Shown here: one piece after another, positions 17,655-27,351 of the stretch
How the letters are laid out: each line of letters starts with the position of its first letter
How positions within the stretch are numbered: position 1 is the stretch's first letter
Origin: Longimicrobiales bacterium
GTDB taxonomy: Bacteria > Gemmatimonadota > Gemmatimonadetes > Longimicrobiales > Gaopeijiaceae
Reading direction: 5' to 3'
Assembly (NCBI GenBank): GCA_965116905.1
Contig: OZ220732.1
Coordinates: 1,088,001 to 1,152,000, forward strand
Length of the DNA stretch: 64,000 nt
Notes under the pieces: generated by a model
Databases searched by the model: none
Told to the model about the DNA's origin: nothing
The model's input: the letters and a program-made list of their open reading frames with translations, nothing else
Translations under genes and position numbers: made by a program

Positions 17655-18782
17655 CTACGGGCGGGCGCCCATCCCCAGCGGCAACACCGTCCCGGGATGA
17701 AACGCCGCCCACGCGCCCCAGAACGCGACATACGCTTCGGCAATCGGCCTGAGCCGCCGGCCGGTTCCGGCCAGGGGACCCGCAACGGGCGTCCCGTCGA
17801 CGGCCCAGACCGTGCCGGTGACCCCGTCGCGCACGCCCCCCGCGGCCGTCTCGAAGGTCGCCGCACGTCCCTCGACCTCCATCCGGTAAGCCATCGCCGA
17901 CTGCCTGGGACCGTCCCACAGAACCATTGCCCGGGCTCCCCCATACGTGATCTCGAAAACGGCGTGATCGCCCGCCCGCGCCATCGCCGCGAACGAGAAC
18001 GCGATCGGCGCGGCCCCCGGCGCCTCGGCCGGCAACCCCAGCACCCGTTCCTTCGGCGGAAGGCGGTCGTCGTCGAGCGCGATCGGATAGCCTTCGAAAT
18101 CGGCGTTGTGAGGGTCGTCGTAGTCCTCGCCGTACGGGTTCCGGACATAGAGCCGCCAGTCGGAGAGGCCGCTGCCGACTCCCACCATCCGCGACTCCGG
18201 GTGCAGCTCCTTCCACCCCGCCATGGTCATCTCGACCACCGGCAGCCGCTCCAGCCTGGCTCCCGTGCGCGGTCCGCAGCGCGCTTCTCCCAACATCTGC
18301 GGCCAGAACGACTCGTCGGGCTCGTTCCGGTCGTACATCACCAGGTTGGCCTGGTACAGCAAGCCGGACACCCCGAGTTCGGCGCCCCCGGTCCCGGTCC
18401 GCGTGAATGCGAGCGCCGTGCCGGTCAGGGGGCAGTACGTGACCGACATCCGGTCCAGGCCGGAGGAGAAGTTCACGATCTCGTGCCGCCACATGATGTT
18501 GTGCGGAATCACGATCGTTTCCGTGCCCACACGGACGGCGATCACCCGGTCGGTGTCGCGCACGAAGGAGTTTTCCGGCACCACCGGCGAGATCGGGAGG
18601 AGCAGCGGATCGGAGAGCGCGGGAATCCCGTCACGCCCCACGCCGCCGTCGGCCAGGTAGGCGGGATCGAGGTCGCACACGAGTTCGTCTTCCGCGACCG
18701 GGCCCACGCCGATGCCGTCTCCGGACGCGCAGCCGTATGCGGTCAGGGCAACAAGGACGAGGCGCGCTGGGAAGGGTCTCAT
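17655..18782 (-). CDS. DUF3179-family lipoprotein
   Basis: 'GRDGIPAL', 'HEIVN', 'VTYCPLTG', 'GVSGLLYQANLVMYDR..SFWPQ', 'AFWGAWAAFHP'. Confidence 0.8.
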   Translation of the reverse strand: MRPFPARLVLVALTAYGCASGDGIGVGPVAEDELVCDLDPAYLADGGVGRDGIPALSDPLLLPISPVVPENSFVRDTDRVIAVRVGTETIVIPHNIMWRHEIVNFSSGLDRMSVTYCPLTGTALAFTRTGTGGAELGVSGLLYQANLVMYDRNEPDESFWPQMLGEARCGPRTGARLERLPVVEMTMAGWKELHPESRMVGVGSGLSDWRLYVRNPYGEDYDDPHNADFEGYPIALDDDRLPPKERVLGLPAEAPGAAPIAFSFAAMARAGDHAVFEITYGGARAMVLWDGPRQSAMAYRMEVEGRAATFETAAGGVRDGVTGTVWAVDGTPVAGPLAGTGRRLRPIAEAYVAFWGAWAAFHPGTVLPLGMGARP

Positions 18783-18854
18783 TGTCAGACGGGGCCGGCG
18801 TAACGAGGATTGAAACGTAAAGTCACTCCCCCGTCAGGACGACCGCATCCCCCG

Positions 18855-19679
18855 ATGACGACCGCAGCCGCCCGGACCGCAGTCCTGCTCTGCGTGCTAC
18901 TGCTGACACTCGCCGACACCGTTGCGGGGCAGTGGGGAGGGCGCAGACGGTGGGCTCCCATCCGCAAGCCGGTCGAGGCAGCCGAGCACGGCGAGTTCAC
19001 CTTCTGCCGCCTTCAGTACCAGCGCGTGCGGCGCGAGTGGCTGGGGACGGGGTGGAACACGGACTATCCCGACGGCGACCGGAATCTGCCGCTGCGTCTC
19101 TCGCAATTGACCACCGCGGACATCGCCCGCAACGAACGCGGCGACCCCTTTCACGCGGTTGTCACCGCCACCGAATCCGACCTCTACGACTGCCCGTTCC
19201 TCTTCGCTTCCGACGTCGGGACGATCGGCTTCTCCGAGCTCGAGGCCGTCCGGCTGCGCGACTACCTGCTGAAGGGCGGCTTCCTGTGGGCGGACGATTT
19301 CTGGGGCAATCTGGCCTGGCGAAACTGGACGCTGGAGATGAACCGCGTCCTGCCTGGCTATTCCATTGTCCCGCTGCCGCCTGACCACATCCTGTTTCAC
19401 ACGCTCTACACGGTCGACAGCCTCCCGCAGATACCGTCGATTCAGTACTGGCGGCGGAGCGGGCGAAGGGGAACCTCGGAACGGGGCGCCGAGAGCGCGA
19501 TGCCCACGATCCACGGGATCATGGACGAATCGGGGCGGCTCATGGTCATCATGACGCACAACACGGACATTGCCGACGGGTGGGAGCGCGAAGGCGAGGA
19601 CGACGAGTTCTTCTACCAGTTCTCGCCGGATGCGTACGCGGTGGGGATCAACGTCATTCTCTACATGCTCACCCACTGA
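18855..19679 (+). CDS. DUF4159-family protein
   Basis: 'FCRLQY..WNTDYP..LRDYLLKGGFLWADDFWG..HNTDIADGWE..GINVILY'. Confidence 0.8.
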   Translation: MTTAAARTAVLLCVLLLTLADTVAGQWGGRRRWAPIRKPVEAAEHGEFTFCRLQYQRVRREWLGTGWNTDYPDGDRNLPLRLSQLTTADIARNERGDPFHAVVTATESDLYDCPFLFASDVGTIGFSELEAVRLRDYLLKGGFLWADDFWGNLAWRNWTLEMNRVLPGYSIVPLPPDHILFHTLYTVDSLPQIPSIQYWRRSGRRGTSERGAESAMPTIHGIMDESGRLMVIMTHNTDIADGWEREGEDDEFFYQFSPDAYAVGINVILYMLTH

Positions 19680-19690
19680 ACGGGACGCCG

Positions 19691-20308
19691 ATGAACGACT
19701 GGTGGGCCGAAGGCCTGTTGTTCGAGAACTGCAATTGCACGGCGGTCTGCCCGGGCCATATCCACTTCAGCCAGAAGTGCACCCACGAGGTGTGCCACGG
19801 CTTCTGGGCGATCCGCTTCGAGGCGGGCGCGGTGGGCGCGTCCGCTCCGGTGGATCTGGCCGGCATCGACGCCGTGGTCGTGTACGAGACGCCGCCGGTG
19901 ATGGTCGAAGGGGGATGGAAGCAGCTGATCATCGTCTCCGACCACGCGACTGACGACCAGCGCGAGGCGGTGGAGGAGATCGTCACGGGCGCGCGGGGGG
20001 GGCCGTGGGAGGTGCTCAACCGCTTCGTGGCCGACCCGCTGCCGACCCGGACCGCGCCGATCCGCATCGAAGACCAGCCCACGCGGAAGTCCGTCACCGT
20101 GGCGGGCCTGCTCACGGGCGCGGTCGAGGCGATTCGCGGCCGGGACCGGGACCGCCCGGTCACGTTCGAGAACATCTACAACAAGATCCACGATTCGACC
20201 CAGGTGATCGCGCAGGGCTCCACCCGTTACGACGACGGCGAAATCGTGATCGCCAACGAGGGCACCCATGGGCTGTGGTCGCGGTTTCGCTGGACGGGTG
20301 ACGGATGA
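19691..20308 (+). CDS. DUF1326-family protein
   Basis: N-terminal 'FENCNCTAVCPG..C' Cys motif; 'GARGGPW'. Confidence 0.8.
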   Translation: MNDWWAEGLLFENCNCTAVCPGHIHFSQKCTHEVCHGFWAIRFEAGAVGASAPVDLAGIDAVVVYETPPVMVEGGWKQLIIVSDHATDDQREAVEEIVTGARGGPWEVLNRFVADPLPTRTAPIRIEDQPTRKSVTVAGLLTGAVEAIRGRDRDRPVTFENIYNKIHDSTQVIAQGSTRYDDGEIVIANEGTHGLWSRFRWTGDG

Positions 20309-20568
20309 GTGGGTTAAGCGGTGTCGGGTGAACTGGGGGTCGGCCACCCCGCGATTCCTGGGAACCGTTCGGCGACACGGTGGTGTGAGGGGGATTTCCC
20401 CCCACCGGATACCGGGTTTTCCCCGTAGCAACTCCAAAGCGCCAGGACAATACTGTAGTTGTCCGTTCTTCCGGCAAGCTCCCGTGAGCAACGAATCGGC
20501 TACCGAGCCGTCCGACTGGAGCGGCGATATCCGAAGTACCTGGTTCTGGAGCTTCGGGAAATAGGGGC

Positions 20569-20796
20569 ATGGATATGGAAACCAGAAGCGAGGCGGCTGC
20601 CAGGCCCGTGGCGGTGTGTGGCCGCCGCCTTGTCTGGGCGCTGGCCCCGCTGCTGTTAGCGAGGATCGAAGACCGGCAACTGCTCATTACGGGACAAACC
20701 CCGGGCGAGACCTACGTTTTCGTAGACGCTACGGTGGAAGGCAATCCCAACACTGCCCAATTCGCCTACCACGTCATCACGATTGAACCAACATGA
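20569..20796 (+). pseudogene. Probable remnant of Ig-like secreted protein (signal peptide fused to half domain)
   Basis: Hydrophobic stretch joined directly to 'IEDRQLLITGQTPGETYVFV', which parallels the C-terminal half of the next ORF. Confidence 0.4.
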
Positions 20797-21158
20797 GACG
20801 AATGGCACGCTTGGCACTCCCGGCGCTGATCGCGTTGCTCGCCGTCTGCGACGACAGCGAGTGGTACGAGTACTGCGAGGACTACTCCCAACTCGTTACC
20901 ACCTCAATCGCCGTCGGAGAGTCGGAAGTGTCGGAGGTCCCCTTCTGCGGTCCCTGGGACGACCCGGCCGCGACCTATACGGCCGAGAGCCATGACACGA
21001 CCGTCGTGACGGCCGAGATCGATGGCCACGAGATCACGCTGACAGCGAGGACCCCCGGCTACACCCTTGTCGACGTCTGGTCCGAGCTGCCGGGGCGGGT
21101 GAAGAGAGGGTTCCTCTTCTACGAGGTGGAGGTGTTCGTGCCCATCGGAGGGAAGTAG
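20793..21158 (+). CDS. Small Ig-like domain lipoprotein
   Basis: Signal peptide ending 'LLAVC'; 'YTAESHDTTVVTAEIDGHEITLTARTPG' beta-sandwich pattern. Confidence 0.55.
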   Translation: MRRMARLALPALIALLAVCDDSEWYEYCEDYSQLVTTSIAVGESEVSEVPFCGPWDDPAATYTAESHDTTVVTAEIDGHEITLTARTPGYTLVDVWSELPGRVKRGFLFYEVEVFVPIGGK

Positions 21159-21164
21159 AAGAAC

Positions 21165-21791
21165 GTGGAGTACCCGTCCGTCTTCCTGATGTGGTTGGCC
21201 ATGACCGGCGTCATGATGGCGCCGGTGGTGCTGCCCTGGCTGCGCGCGCTGAGTCGCATTGCGGACGGTGGCACCGTCTCGTCGGCCGGTCCCCGGGCTG
21301 CGGTCGGTCCCTTCGCCACGGTCGCTCCCTTCGCCGCCGGATACGCGTTTGCGTGGGCCGCGTTCAGCGCCGCGGTCGCCGGACTTCACCTGGCGCTGTC
21401 ACGCATGAGCGTTCCGGTGCCTTTCGGACTCGAGGCGCCCGCCCTTTCGGCCGCCGCGCTGTGGCTCGCCGGCGGCTTCCAGTTCACGCGCCTGAAGGAG
21501 GCCTGCCTCGCCCACTGCCGCTCGCCCGCCGGCTACCTCCTCACACATTGGCGTAGCGGTCCAGCCGGCCACGCGCGGCTCGGGTTCGGGCACGGGCTGC
21601 ACTGTGTCGGCTGCTGCTGGGCCCTGATGGCGCTCGCCCTCGTGGTTGGGATGATCAACCTCGTCTGGATGGGTCTCCTGATGGCGGTCATGGTGGCCGA
21701 GACGACGCTCGCCTTCGGGCCGCGTCTGCGGAAGCCGGTAGGGGCCGCGCTGCTCGCGGCCGGCGTGATCGTGCTGATCGCAGCCACCTGA
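21165..21791 (+). CDS. DUF2182-family predicted metal-binding membrane protein
   Basis: 'MWLAM..MMAP', 'QFTRLKEACLAHCRSP', 'GLHCVGCCWALM'. Confidence 0.85.
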   Translation: MEYPSVFLMWLAMTGVMMAPVVLPWLRALSRIADGGTVSSAGPRAAVGPFATVAPFAAGYAFAWAAFSAAVAGLHLALSRMSVPVPFGLEAPALSAAALWLAGGFQFTRLKEACLAHCRSPAGYLLTHWRSGPAGHARLGFGHGLHCVGCCWALMALALVVGMINLVWMGLLMAVMVAETTLAFGPRLRKPVGAALLAAGVIVLIAAT

Positions 21792-21845
21792 CGGCAACTG
21801 TCGCGACCCTGTGGCCGCGGCGCGCCCTGCAACTACCTTTCCCCC

Positions 21846-22676
21846 ATGAGAGTCGCCCTCTTCGTCACCTGCCTGGCCGACCACTACTTCGCTGAGGCGG
21901 CGGCCGACGCCGTGCGCCTGCTGCGCCACCTGGGATGCGAAGTCGTCTTCCCGGCCGATCAGACCTGCTGCGGCCAGCCCGCCTACAACGCGGGTCGATA
22001 CGACGAGGCGCGCAGGATGGCGGAGCACACGCTCCGGGTGTTCGGCGGTGCGCCGGGCAACCCGGGCGATCCGGACGCCGCGGATGGCCCGACCGCCCCA
22101 GGAGACCCTGCAGCTGCAGACGCCATCGTCCTCCCCAGCGGCTCCTGCGCCACGATGGTCAAGAAGTTCTACCCGCGGCTTCTGGTCGGCGGTGCGGACA
22201 CTTCCGCCCCCGCCGCGCTCGCGGACCGCACCTTCGACCTGGCCGAGTTCATCGTGCACCGGCTGGGCGTCACGGAGCTGGGCAGCGGGCTCGCTGGCCG
22301 CAGGGTCGCCGTGCACCAGGGGTGCCACGCTCTGCGCGAGCTTCGCCTGGAGACCGAACCGGCGGTGCTCCTCGAAGGCGCCGGTGCCGAGGTCGTGCCG
22401 TGGGAGGCCCAGGAGGAGTGCTGCGGATTCGGCGGGCTGTTCTCGGTGAAGATGACGGCGGTGTCCGCGGCCATGGCCGACCGGAAGCTCGACACCCTGC
22501 CCGAGGTCGACTGGGTGGTGTCGGGGGACGGCGGCTGCGTGCTGCACCTTGACGGCCGAAACCGGGCCCGGGGCACGGGCGTCGAGTTCGTGCACCTGGC
22601 GACGGCGCTGTGGCGGGGGGTGGCGGGGGATGCCCGCGTGGCGGGGGATGCCCGCGTGACCGAGGCGGTTCGCTGA
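21846..22676 (+). CDS. lutA: Lactate utilization Fe-S protein A (LldE/YkgE)
   Basis: 'VALFVTCLAD', 'QTCCGQPAYNAG', 'SGSC', 'CCGFGG' CCG domains. Confidence 0.9.
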   Translation: MRVALFVTCLADHYFAEAAADAVRLLRHLGCEVVFPADQTCCGQPAYNAGRYDEARRMAEHTLRVFGGAPGNPGDPDAADGPTAPGDPAAADAIVLPSGSCATMVKKFYPRLLVGGADTSAPAALADRTFDLAEFIVHRLGVTELGSGLAGRRVAVHQGCHALRELRLETEPAVLLEGAGAEVVPWEAQEECCGFGGLFSVKMTAVSAAMADRKLDTLPEVDWVVSGDGGCVLHLDGRNRARGTGVEFVHLATALWRGVAGDARVAGDARVTEAVR

Positions 22677-22677
22677 C

Positions 22678-24069
22678 ATGCACACGCGGATCAAGGACTA
22701 CCCGTCGCGCTCGCGCGAGATCATCCGCGGGGATCCGGGTGTCCGCGAGGCGGTCACGGGCGCCACCATCGCATTCGACCAGAAGCGGCTGCAGGGCTAC
22801 GCCGAGGTCGATGCCGACGCGTGGCGGCGCTGGGCCGAGGGCGTGAAGAGCCACACGCTGACCCACCTGGACGATTACCTCGACGAAGCCGAGGCGCGGC
22901 TCGAGGCCAACGGCGCCGAGGTGCACTGGGCGGCGGACGCGGCCGAGGCCCGCGAGATCGTGATGTCGCTGGCCGCGAGGCACTCGGTGAAGCGCGTGGT
23001 CAAGGGCAAGAGCATGGTCACCGAGGAGATCGACCTGAATCCGGCGCTGGAAGCCGCGGGGCTCGAGGTCTACGAGACCGACCTGGGCGAGTACATCCTG
23101 CAGCTTCTGGAGGAGCCGCCCAGCCACATCCTGGGTCCCGCCATTCACAAGACCCTGCAGCAGGTGCAGCGGCTGTTCGCCGACCGGCTAGGCTCGGAGC
23201 CGGACGGGGACCCCGACACGCTCGCGCGGGCTGCTCGCCGCGTGTTGCGCGATGTCTTTATTCACTCCGACATGGGGATTACCGGGGGCAACTTCCTCGT
23301 TGCGGAGACGGGGACGGTGGCCCTGATCGAGAACGAGGGGAACATCCGGCTCACGACTTCGCTGCCTCGCGTGCACGTCGCGGTCGTCGGGATCGAGAAG
23401 CTCATTCCGCGCATGGCCGACCTGGCCGGCTTTCTTCAGCTGACGGCACGCGCGGCGACCGGCCAGCCGATCGGCTGTTTCGTGTCGCTCGTGCAGGGGC
23501 CCGCGGCTCACCCTGACGACGACGGGCCGGAGGTAGTGCACGTCGTCCTGGTCGACAACGGCCGCACCGACGTCCTGGCCCACGAGCACGCGTGGGAAGC
23601 GCTGCGGTGTCTGCGCTGCGGGGCGTGTCTAAACGCGTGTCCGGTGTACCGTCAGACCGGCGGGCATGCATACGGGCACGTCTACTCGGGGCCGATCGGC
23701 TCGGTGCTCGACCCCGGATTGGTGGGGCTGCACGAAGCCATGCCGCTGCCGTTCGCGTCGTCGCTCTGCGGGGCCTGCCAGGACGCGTGCCCGGTGCGGA
23801 TTCCGATCCCGGAGCTGCTGCTCGAATGGCGGCGCGAGGCGCAGGAGGAGGGGCTCACGCCGTGGAAGGAACGGGCGGCACTGAAGGGACTCGCGGGCGT
23901 GGCGACGCGGCCGGGGCTGTACAGGGCCGTGGGCAGGATCGGGTCGCGGCTGGGGGCGACGGGGCTGGCGCGCGCGCTGCCGATGCTCGGCGAATGGGCG
24001 GCCGACCGGGCATTGCCGAAGCCCAGCGAGCGGACGTTTCGCGAGCTGTGGCGCGAGGGGATCGAGTGA
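22678..24069 (+). CDS. lutB: Lactate utilization protein B (LldF/YkgF)
   Basis: 'KGKSMVTEE', 'ETDLGEYI', 'ENEGN', 'CLRCGACLNACPVY', 'SSLCGACQDACPV'. Confidence 0.95.
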   Translation: MHTRIKDYPSRSREIIRGDPGVREAVTGATIAFDQKRLQGYAEVDADAWRRWAEGVKSHTLTHLDDYLDEAEARLEANGAEVHWAADAAEAREIVMSLAARHSVKRVVKGKSMVTEEIDLNPALEAAGLEVYETDLGEYILQLLEEPPSHILGPAIHKTLQQVQRLFADRLGSEPDGDPDTLARAARRVLRDVFIHSDMGITGGNFLVAETGTVALIENEGNIRLTTSLPRVHVAVVGIEKLIPRMADLAGFLQLTARAATGQPIGCFVSLVQGPAAHPDDDGPEVVHVVLVDNGRTDVLAHEHAWEALRCLRCGACLNACPVYRQTGGHAYGHVYSGPIGSVLDPGLVGLHEAMPLPFASSLCGACQDACPVRIPIPELLLEWRREAQEEGLTPWKERAALKGLAGVATRPGLYRAVGRIGSRLGATGLARALPMLGEWAADRALPKPSERTFRELWREGIE

Positions 24070-24665
24070 GCACCGGCGCGCGGGAGCGGATCATGGCGCG
24101 GGTTGCGCGAGCGGTGGCGAGCCGCACGGGAGTGCCGCATCCGGGTGCGCTGGTGGCGCCGGTGGCGGGGGACGCGGTGGGCGCGGGGGCGGTGGACGCA
24201 TTTGTGAACTGTTTCACAAGCCAGGGGGGCGAGGTGGCCAGGGCCGATCCGGGATGCCCGGCGGGTGAGTGGCTGACCGGCTTCCTGCGAGGACTCGACC
24301 CCGAGGTGACCGGCGTCGCCATGGCGCCGGACGTGCTGCCCGAACTCAGGCCACACTTGCCCGAATCGGCCGTCGCGCACGCGGGTGCGGGCGTGTCAAT
24401 GGCCTGGGGGGCCGCAGCGGACACGGGAAGCCTGATCCTGCCGTCGACGGGAACGCGAGCCGTGCAGTTGCTGCCCCCGGTTCACGTGGTGTGGGTGCCG
24501 GCGGGCCGGGTGTTTGCGCGGCTGGAGGATGCGTTGCGCGAGCTCGAAGCGGAATTGCCCGCGGCCGTCGGACTGCACTCCGGCCCCAGCAAGTCGGCGG
24601 ACATCGGCCGCACGGTCGTAACCGGGGTACACGGGCCGGGGCGGTGCATTGCGGTGTTCAGTTGA
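24066..24665 (+). CDS. lutC: Lactate utilization protein C (LUD domain)
   Basis: GTGA overlap with lutB; 'LLPPVHV', 'SGPSKSADI..GVHGP'. Confidence 0.9.
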   Translation: MSTGARERIMARVARAVASRTGVPHPGALVAPVAGDAVGAGAVDAFVNCFTSQGGEVARADPGCPAGEWLTGFLRGLDPEVTGVAMAPDVLPELRPHLPESAVAHAGAGVSMAWGAAADTGSLILPSTGTRAVQLLPPVHVVWVPAGRVFARLEDALRELEAELPAAVGLHSGPSKSADIGRTVVTGVHGPGRCIAVFS

Positions 24666-24690
24666 ACGCCGTTTGTAATATGGAGGGACG

Positions 24691-24915
24691 ATGACGGACA
24701 GGCTTATCGACAGGAATCCAGACATCCTGGGTGGGACTCCCGTGTTCTCCGGCACGAGGGTTCCCGTCCGGATACTGATGGATCATCTGGAGGCGGGCGA
24801 CAGGCTCGACGATTTCCTCGACGACTATCCTACGGTCTCGCGGGATCAGGCGGTCGAACTGCTTGAGCGCGCAACGACGATGCTGGTGGGTGGTGGCAAC
24901 GAAAGTACTGCTTGA
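24691..24915 (+). CDS. DUF433-family antitoxin
   Basis: 'PDILGGTPVFSGTRVPV..L.AGD.LDDFLDDYP'; RBS GGAGG. Confidence 0.9.
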   Translation: MTDRLIDRNPDILGGTPVFSGTRVPVRILMDHLEAGDRLDDFLDDYPTVSRDQAVELLERATTMLVGGGNESTA

Positions 24916-24949
24916 CGAATCCACGCCGCGAAATTGGAGTCGTCGTTGA
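24899..24949 (+). pseudogene. Remnant of DUF5615/PIN-type toxin
   Basis: ACG-AAA-GTA-CTG-CTT-GAC-GAA reads (M>T)KVLLDE, overlaps the antitoxin end and stops after 16 codons. Confidence 0.65.
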
Positions 24950-24952
24950 AGC

Positions 24953-26137
24953 TCAGCTGAACGCCGCTTCCTCCACCCGCCTCCAAGGCATCAGGCGGCC
25001 GGCGCTCCGCGCCTGAAACGCGTCTCCGCCGTAGACCACGACGACATCGGGGGTGGGCGAATCGTCACCTTTCTTCGGCCTGAAGTGTCCCTGCACCCGC
25101 AGGGCTCCGCGAAACAGGACGGATGACGGGGTCCGGGCAGCCTTGGCCTCCACGAGGGTCAGGCGCCCTGGCCGCTCGATCACCAGATCGACCTCGGCAC
25201 CGCTGCGGTCGCGGTAGTACGACAGGCCACGCGTCTTGCCTCGGTTCGCACGGTGCTTCACGATCTCCGAGACCACCCAGCTCTCGAAGATGGCGCCGCG
25301 CAGCGGATGCGAACGCAACTGCTCCGGCTCGCGGATGCCCAGCAGCCAGCAGACGAGGCCGGAGTCGTAGAAATGGAGCTTCGGCATCTTGACCAGGCGC
25401 TTCCGCAGGCTCCAGTGGAACGCCGGAAGCCGGAATGTGACAAAACTCGTCTCCAGCACGCTCAGCCACGCCTTGGCCGTGGGCTGCGAGATGCCGCAGT
25501 CGTCGGCCAGCGACGAGTAGTTCAGCAGCTGGCCGGTCCGTCCCGCGCAGAGTTCGAGGAAACGCTGAAACGCGACGAGATCGCCGATGTTGCTGATCGA
25601 TCGGACGTCCCGCTCGAGATAGGTGGCGGCGTAGGACCGGAGCCAGCGCGACGGCTTGAGGTCGCGGTCGAAGATGCGCGGATACCCGCCGCTCAAGAGG
25701 GCTTCGTCGAGATCGGCGGGACAGCGGTCGAACCGCGTGATCTCCTCCCAGGTCAGCGGCAGGAGGTTGAACACCTCGGTCCGGCCGGCCAGCGACTGGC
25801 TGACCGAATCGAGCAGGGCCAGGTTCTGCGAGCCGGTAAGGATCCAGCGTCCCGGTGCCGGATCGGCGTCGATGATCCCCTGCAGGTACGAAAGCAGGGC
25901 CGGTACGCGCTGGACTTCGTCGATGACGGCGCCGTCCGGGAACTGCGCCAGGAAGGCCCGCGGGTCGTCGGTGGCGAAGGCGCGGTGGTCGGGCGCTTCG
26001 AGCGTTCGGTACGCGTGGTCCGGAAAGAGTGTCCGGCAAAGCGTCGTCTTTCCGCTCTGACGCGGGCCGGTGAGCGTGACGGCGGGCATCTCGGCGGCCG
26101 CCCGGATGACTTCGGGGGCGAGGTCTCGTTGGATCAT
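24953..26137 (-). CDS. AAA_14 ATPase with DUF4143 and C-terminal PD-(D/E)xK-like motif
   Basis: GPRQSGKTT, IDEVQ, ILTGSQ, 'RLVKMPKLHFYDSG', 'YYRDRSGAEVDLVI..VEAK'. Confidence 0.9.
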   Translation of the reverse strand: MIQRDLAPEVIRAAAEMPAVTLTGPRQSGKTTLCRTLFPDHAYRTLEAPDHRAFATDDPRAFLAQFPDGAVIDEVQRVPALLSYLQGIIDADPAPGRWILTGSQNLALLDSVSQSLAGRTEVFNLLPLTWEEITRFDRCPADLDEALLSGGYPRIFDRDLKPSRWLRSYAATYLERDVRSISNIGDLVAFQRFLELCAGRTGQLLNYSSLADDCGISQPTAKAWLSVLETSFVTFRLPAFHWSLRKRLVKMPKLHFYDSGLVCWLLGIREPEQLRSHPLRGAIFESWVVSEIVKHRANRGKTRGLSYYRDRSGAEVDLVIERPGRLTLVEAKAARTPSSVLFRGALRVQGHFRPKKGDDSPTPDVVVVYGGDAFQARSAGRLMPWRRVEEAAFS

Positions 26138-26238
26138 GGTGGGGAAGGATAGCGATGGGAATGGGCTAATTCAAGATGCGGTTTTGAAGCAGCCGACACC
26201 ACTAAGAGTCCAGGCGCCGCTACGTCAGTCGTCCCCAC

Positions 26239-27351
26239 TTAGCGCGTCCGCGAATCGAGGCCGTGAACTGTCGGCCTGAGCAGATGAATCCAGGGAACGC
26301 CCGCCTGCGTCTCCTCATAGGCTATGACCATGTCCGAACCGTAAACGAACCCAGGCAAGGAAAGGTCGCTTCGGTAGCGGGCCAGAGTCCGCCCCGTCTC
26401 CGGATCGATCAGGTCCAATACCCCGTCGTAGAGCGTTTGCCCGGGGGCCTCGCGCTCCCACTGGTTCGCAACCTCAGGATCGCTGGTGCGCCTCGCCCAA
26501 GCCCGGTCTGGTCCCCACCAGAGAATCCAGAGCCCCCGGTCGTCCAGCCTGGCGCCAATGTTCGCGACATTGGGCCATACGGGCGGCTCCCTTATCTCAC
26601 GGTCGAACTCCTCGACAGACCGGTTGAGGATCCTGGAGAGCTTCGGGTCGGGTAGCAGGACCCACTCCTCAATCCTGCCCGAGGCGCCGTCGACGATCCA
26701 GGCCAGTGAGTCGCTCGCCGCCACCGCGAACTGCCGTCCCGAGGGACCGCGGTACACCGATCCGTCCCATCCGTAGGAGCGCATGTTGCCATCCGCACCC
26801 AACAGGTGCAGGTGGTGCCCCGCGGACCCGGACGACTGAACATCACCCGCGAAGACAACGGTTTCCGATTCTGTCACCGCCGCCGACGTGATGTCGGCCC
26901 GAAAACGATCCACTCGGACGACGCCGTGGTCGGCGTCCAGCACGGTGCGGCCCCTCAGGCCGTCAAAGACGTGGATGAACTCCGGTCCGACATTGAGGTG
27001 CGTGATCAGAGCGTACTCGCCGGGGCCCTCACCTGAGCCGCCAATCTCGCGAATGAATGCCCCCGTGGAGTCAAAGACCGCGATGTCGGCACGCCCCCAC
27101 ATGGCAAGTAGGATCCGCCCCCGTCGGTCCACCACGGCCAGCGGAACGGGACCCTCCAACAAATGACTTCCGGGACCATCCAGTCCCCCCAGCGTGACCA
27201 CCGTGTCCATCGTGATCCGGCACTCCGCGCAGGACACTTCGCCCGAGACTTCGACGACCGGCTGCTGGGCAACAGCGGGTGCGGCTGCCATCCCAACGGC
27301 GCACACCGCCAGCAGGCCGGTTGGACGGCACAGCAACTCGGCAGCGATCAC
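26239..27351 (-). CDS. Secreted 6-bladed beta-propeller protein
   Basis: GTGA overlap with the ligase gene; signal peptide; 'CAECRI..LGGLDGPG..GGSGEGPGEY'. Confidence 0.7.
   Translation of the reverse strand: MIAAELLCRPTGLLAVCAVGMAAAPAVAQQPVVEVSGEVSCAECRITMDTVVTLGGLDGPGSHLLEGPVPLAVVDRRGRILLAMWGRADIAVFDSTGAFIREIGGSGEGPGEYALITHLNVGPEFIHVFDGLRGRTVLDADHGVVRVDRFRADITSAAVTESETVVFAGDVQSSGSAGHHLHLLGADGNMRSYGWDGSVYRGPSGRQFAVAASDSLAWIVDGASGRIEEWVLLPDPKLSRILNRSVEEFDREIREPPVWPNVANIGARLDDRGLWILWWGPDRAWARRTSDPEVANQWEREAPGQTLYDGVLDLIDPETGRTLARYRSDLSLPGFVYGSDMVIAYEETQAGVPWIHLLRPTVHGLDSRTR

Noticed and set aside
17655..18782. Selenoprotein in DUF3179 family
   Set aside because: The motif is CPLT with a normal Cys codon and there is no in-frame TGA.
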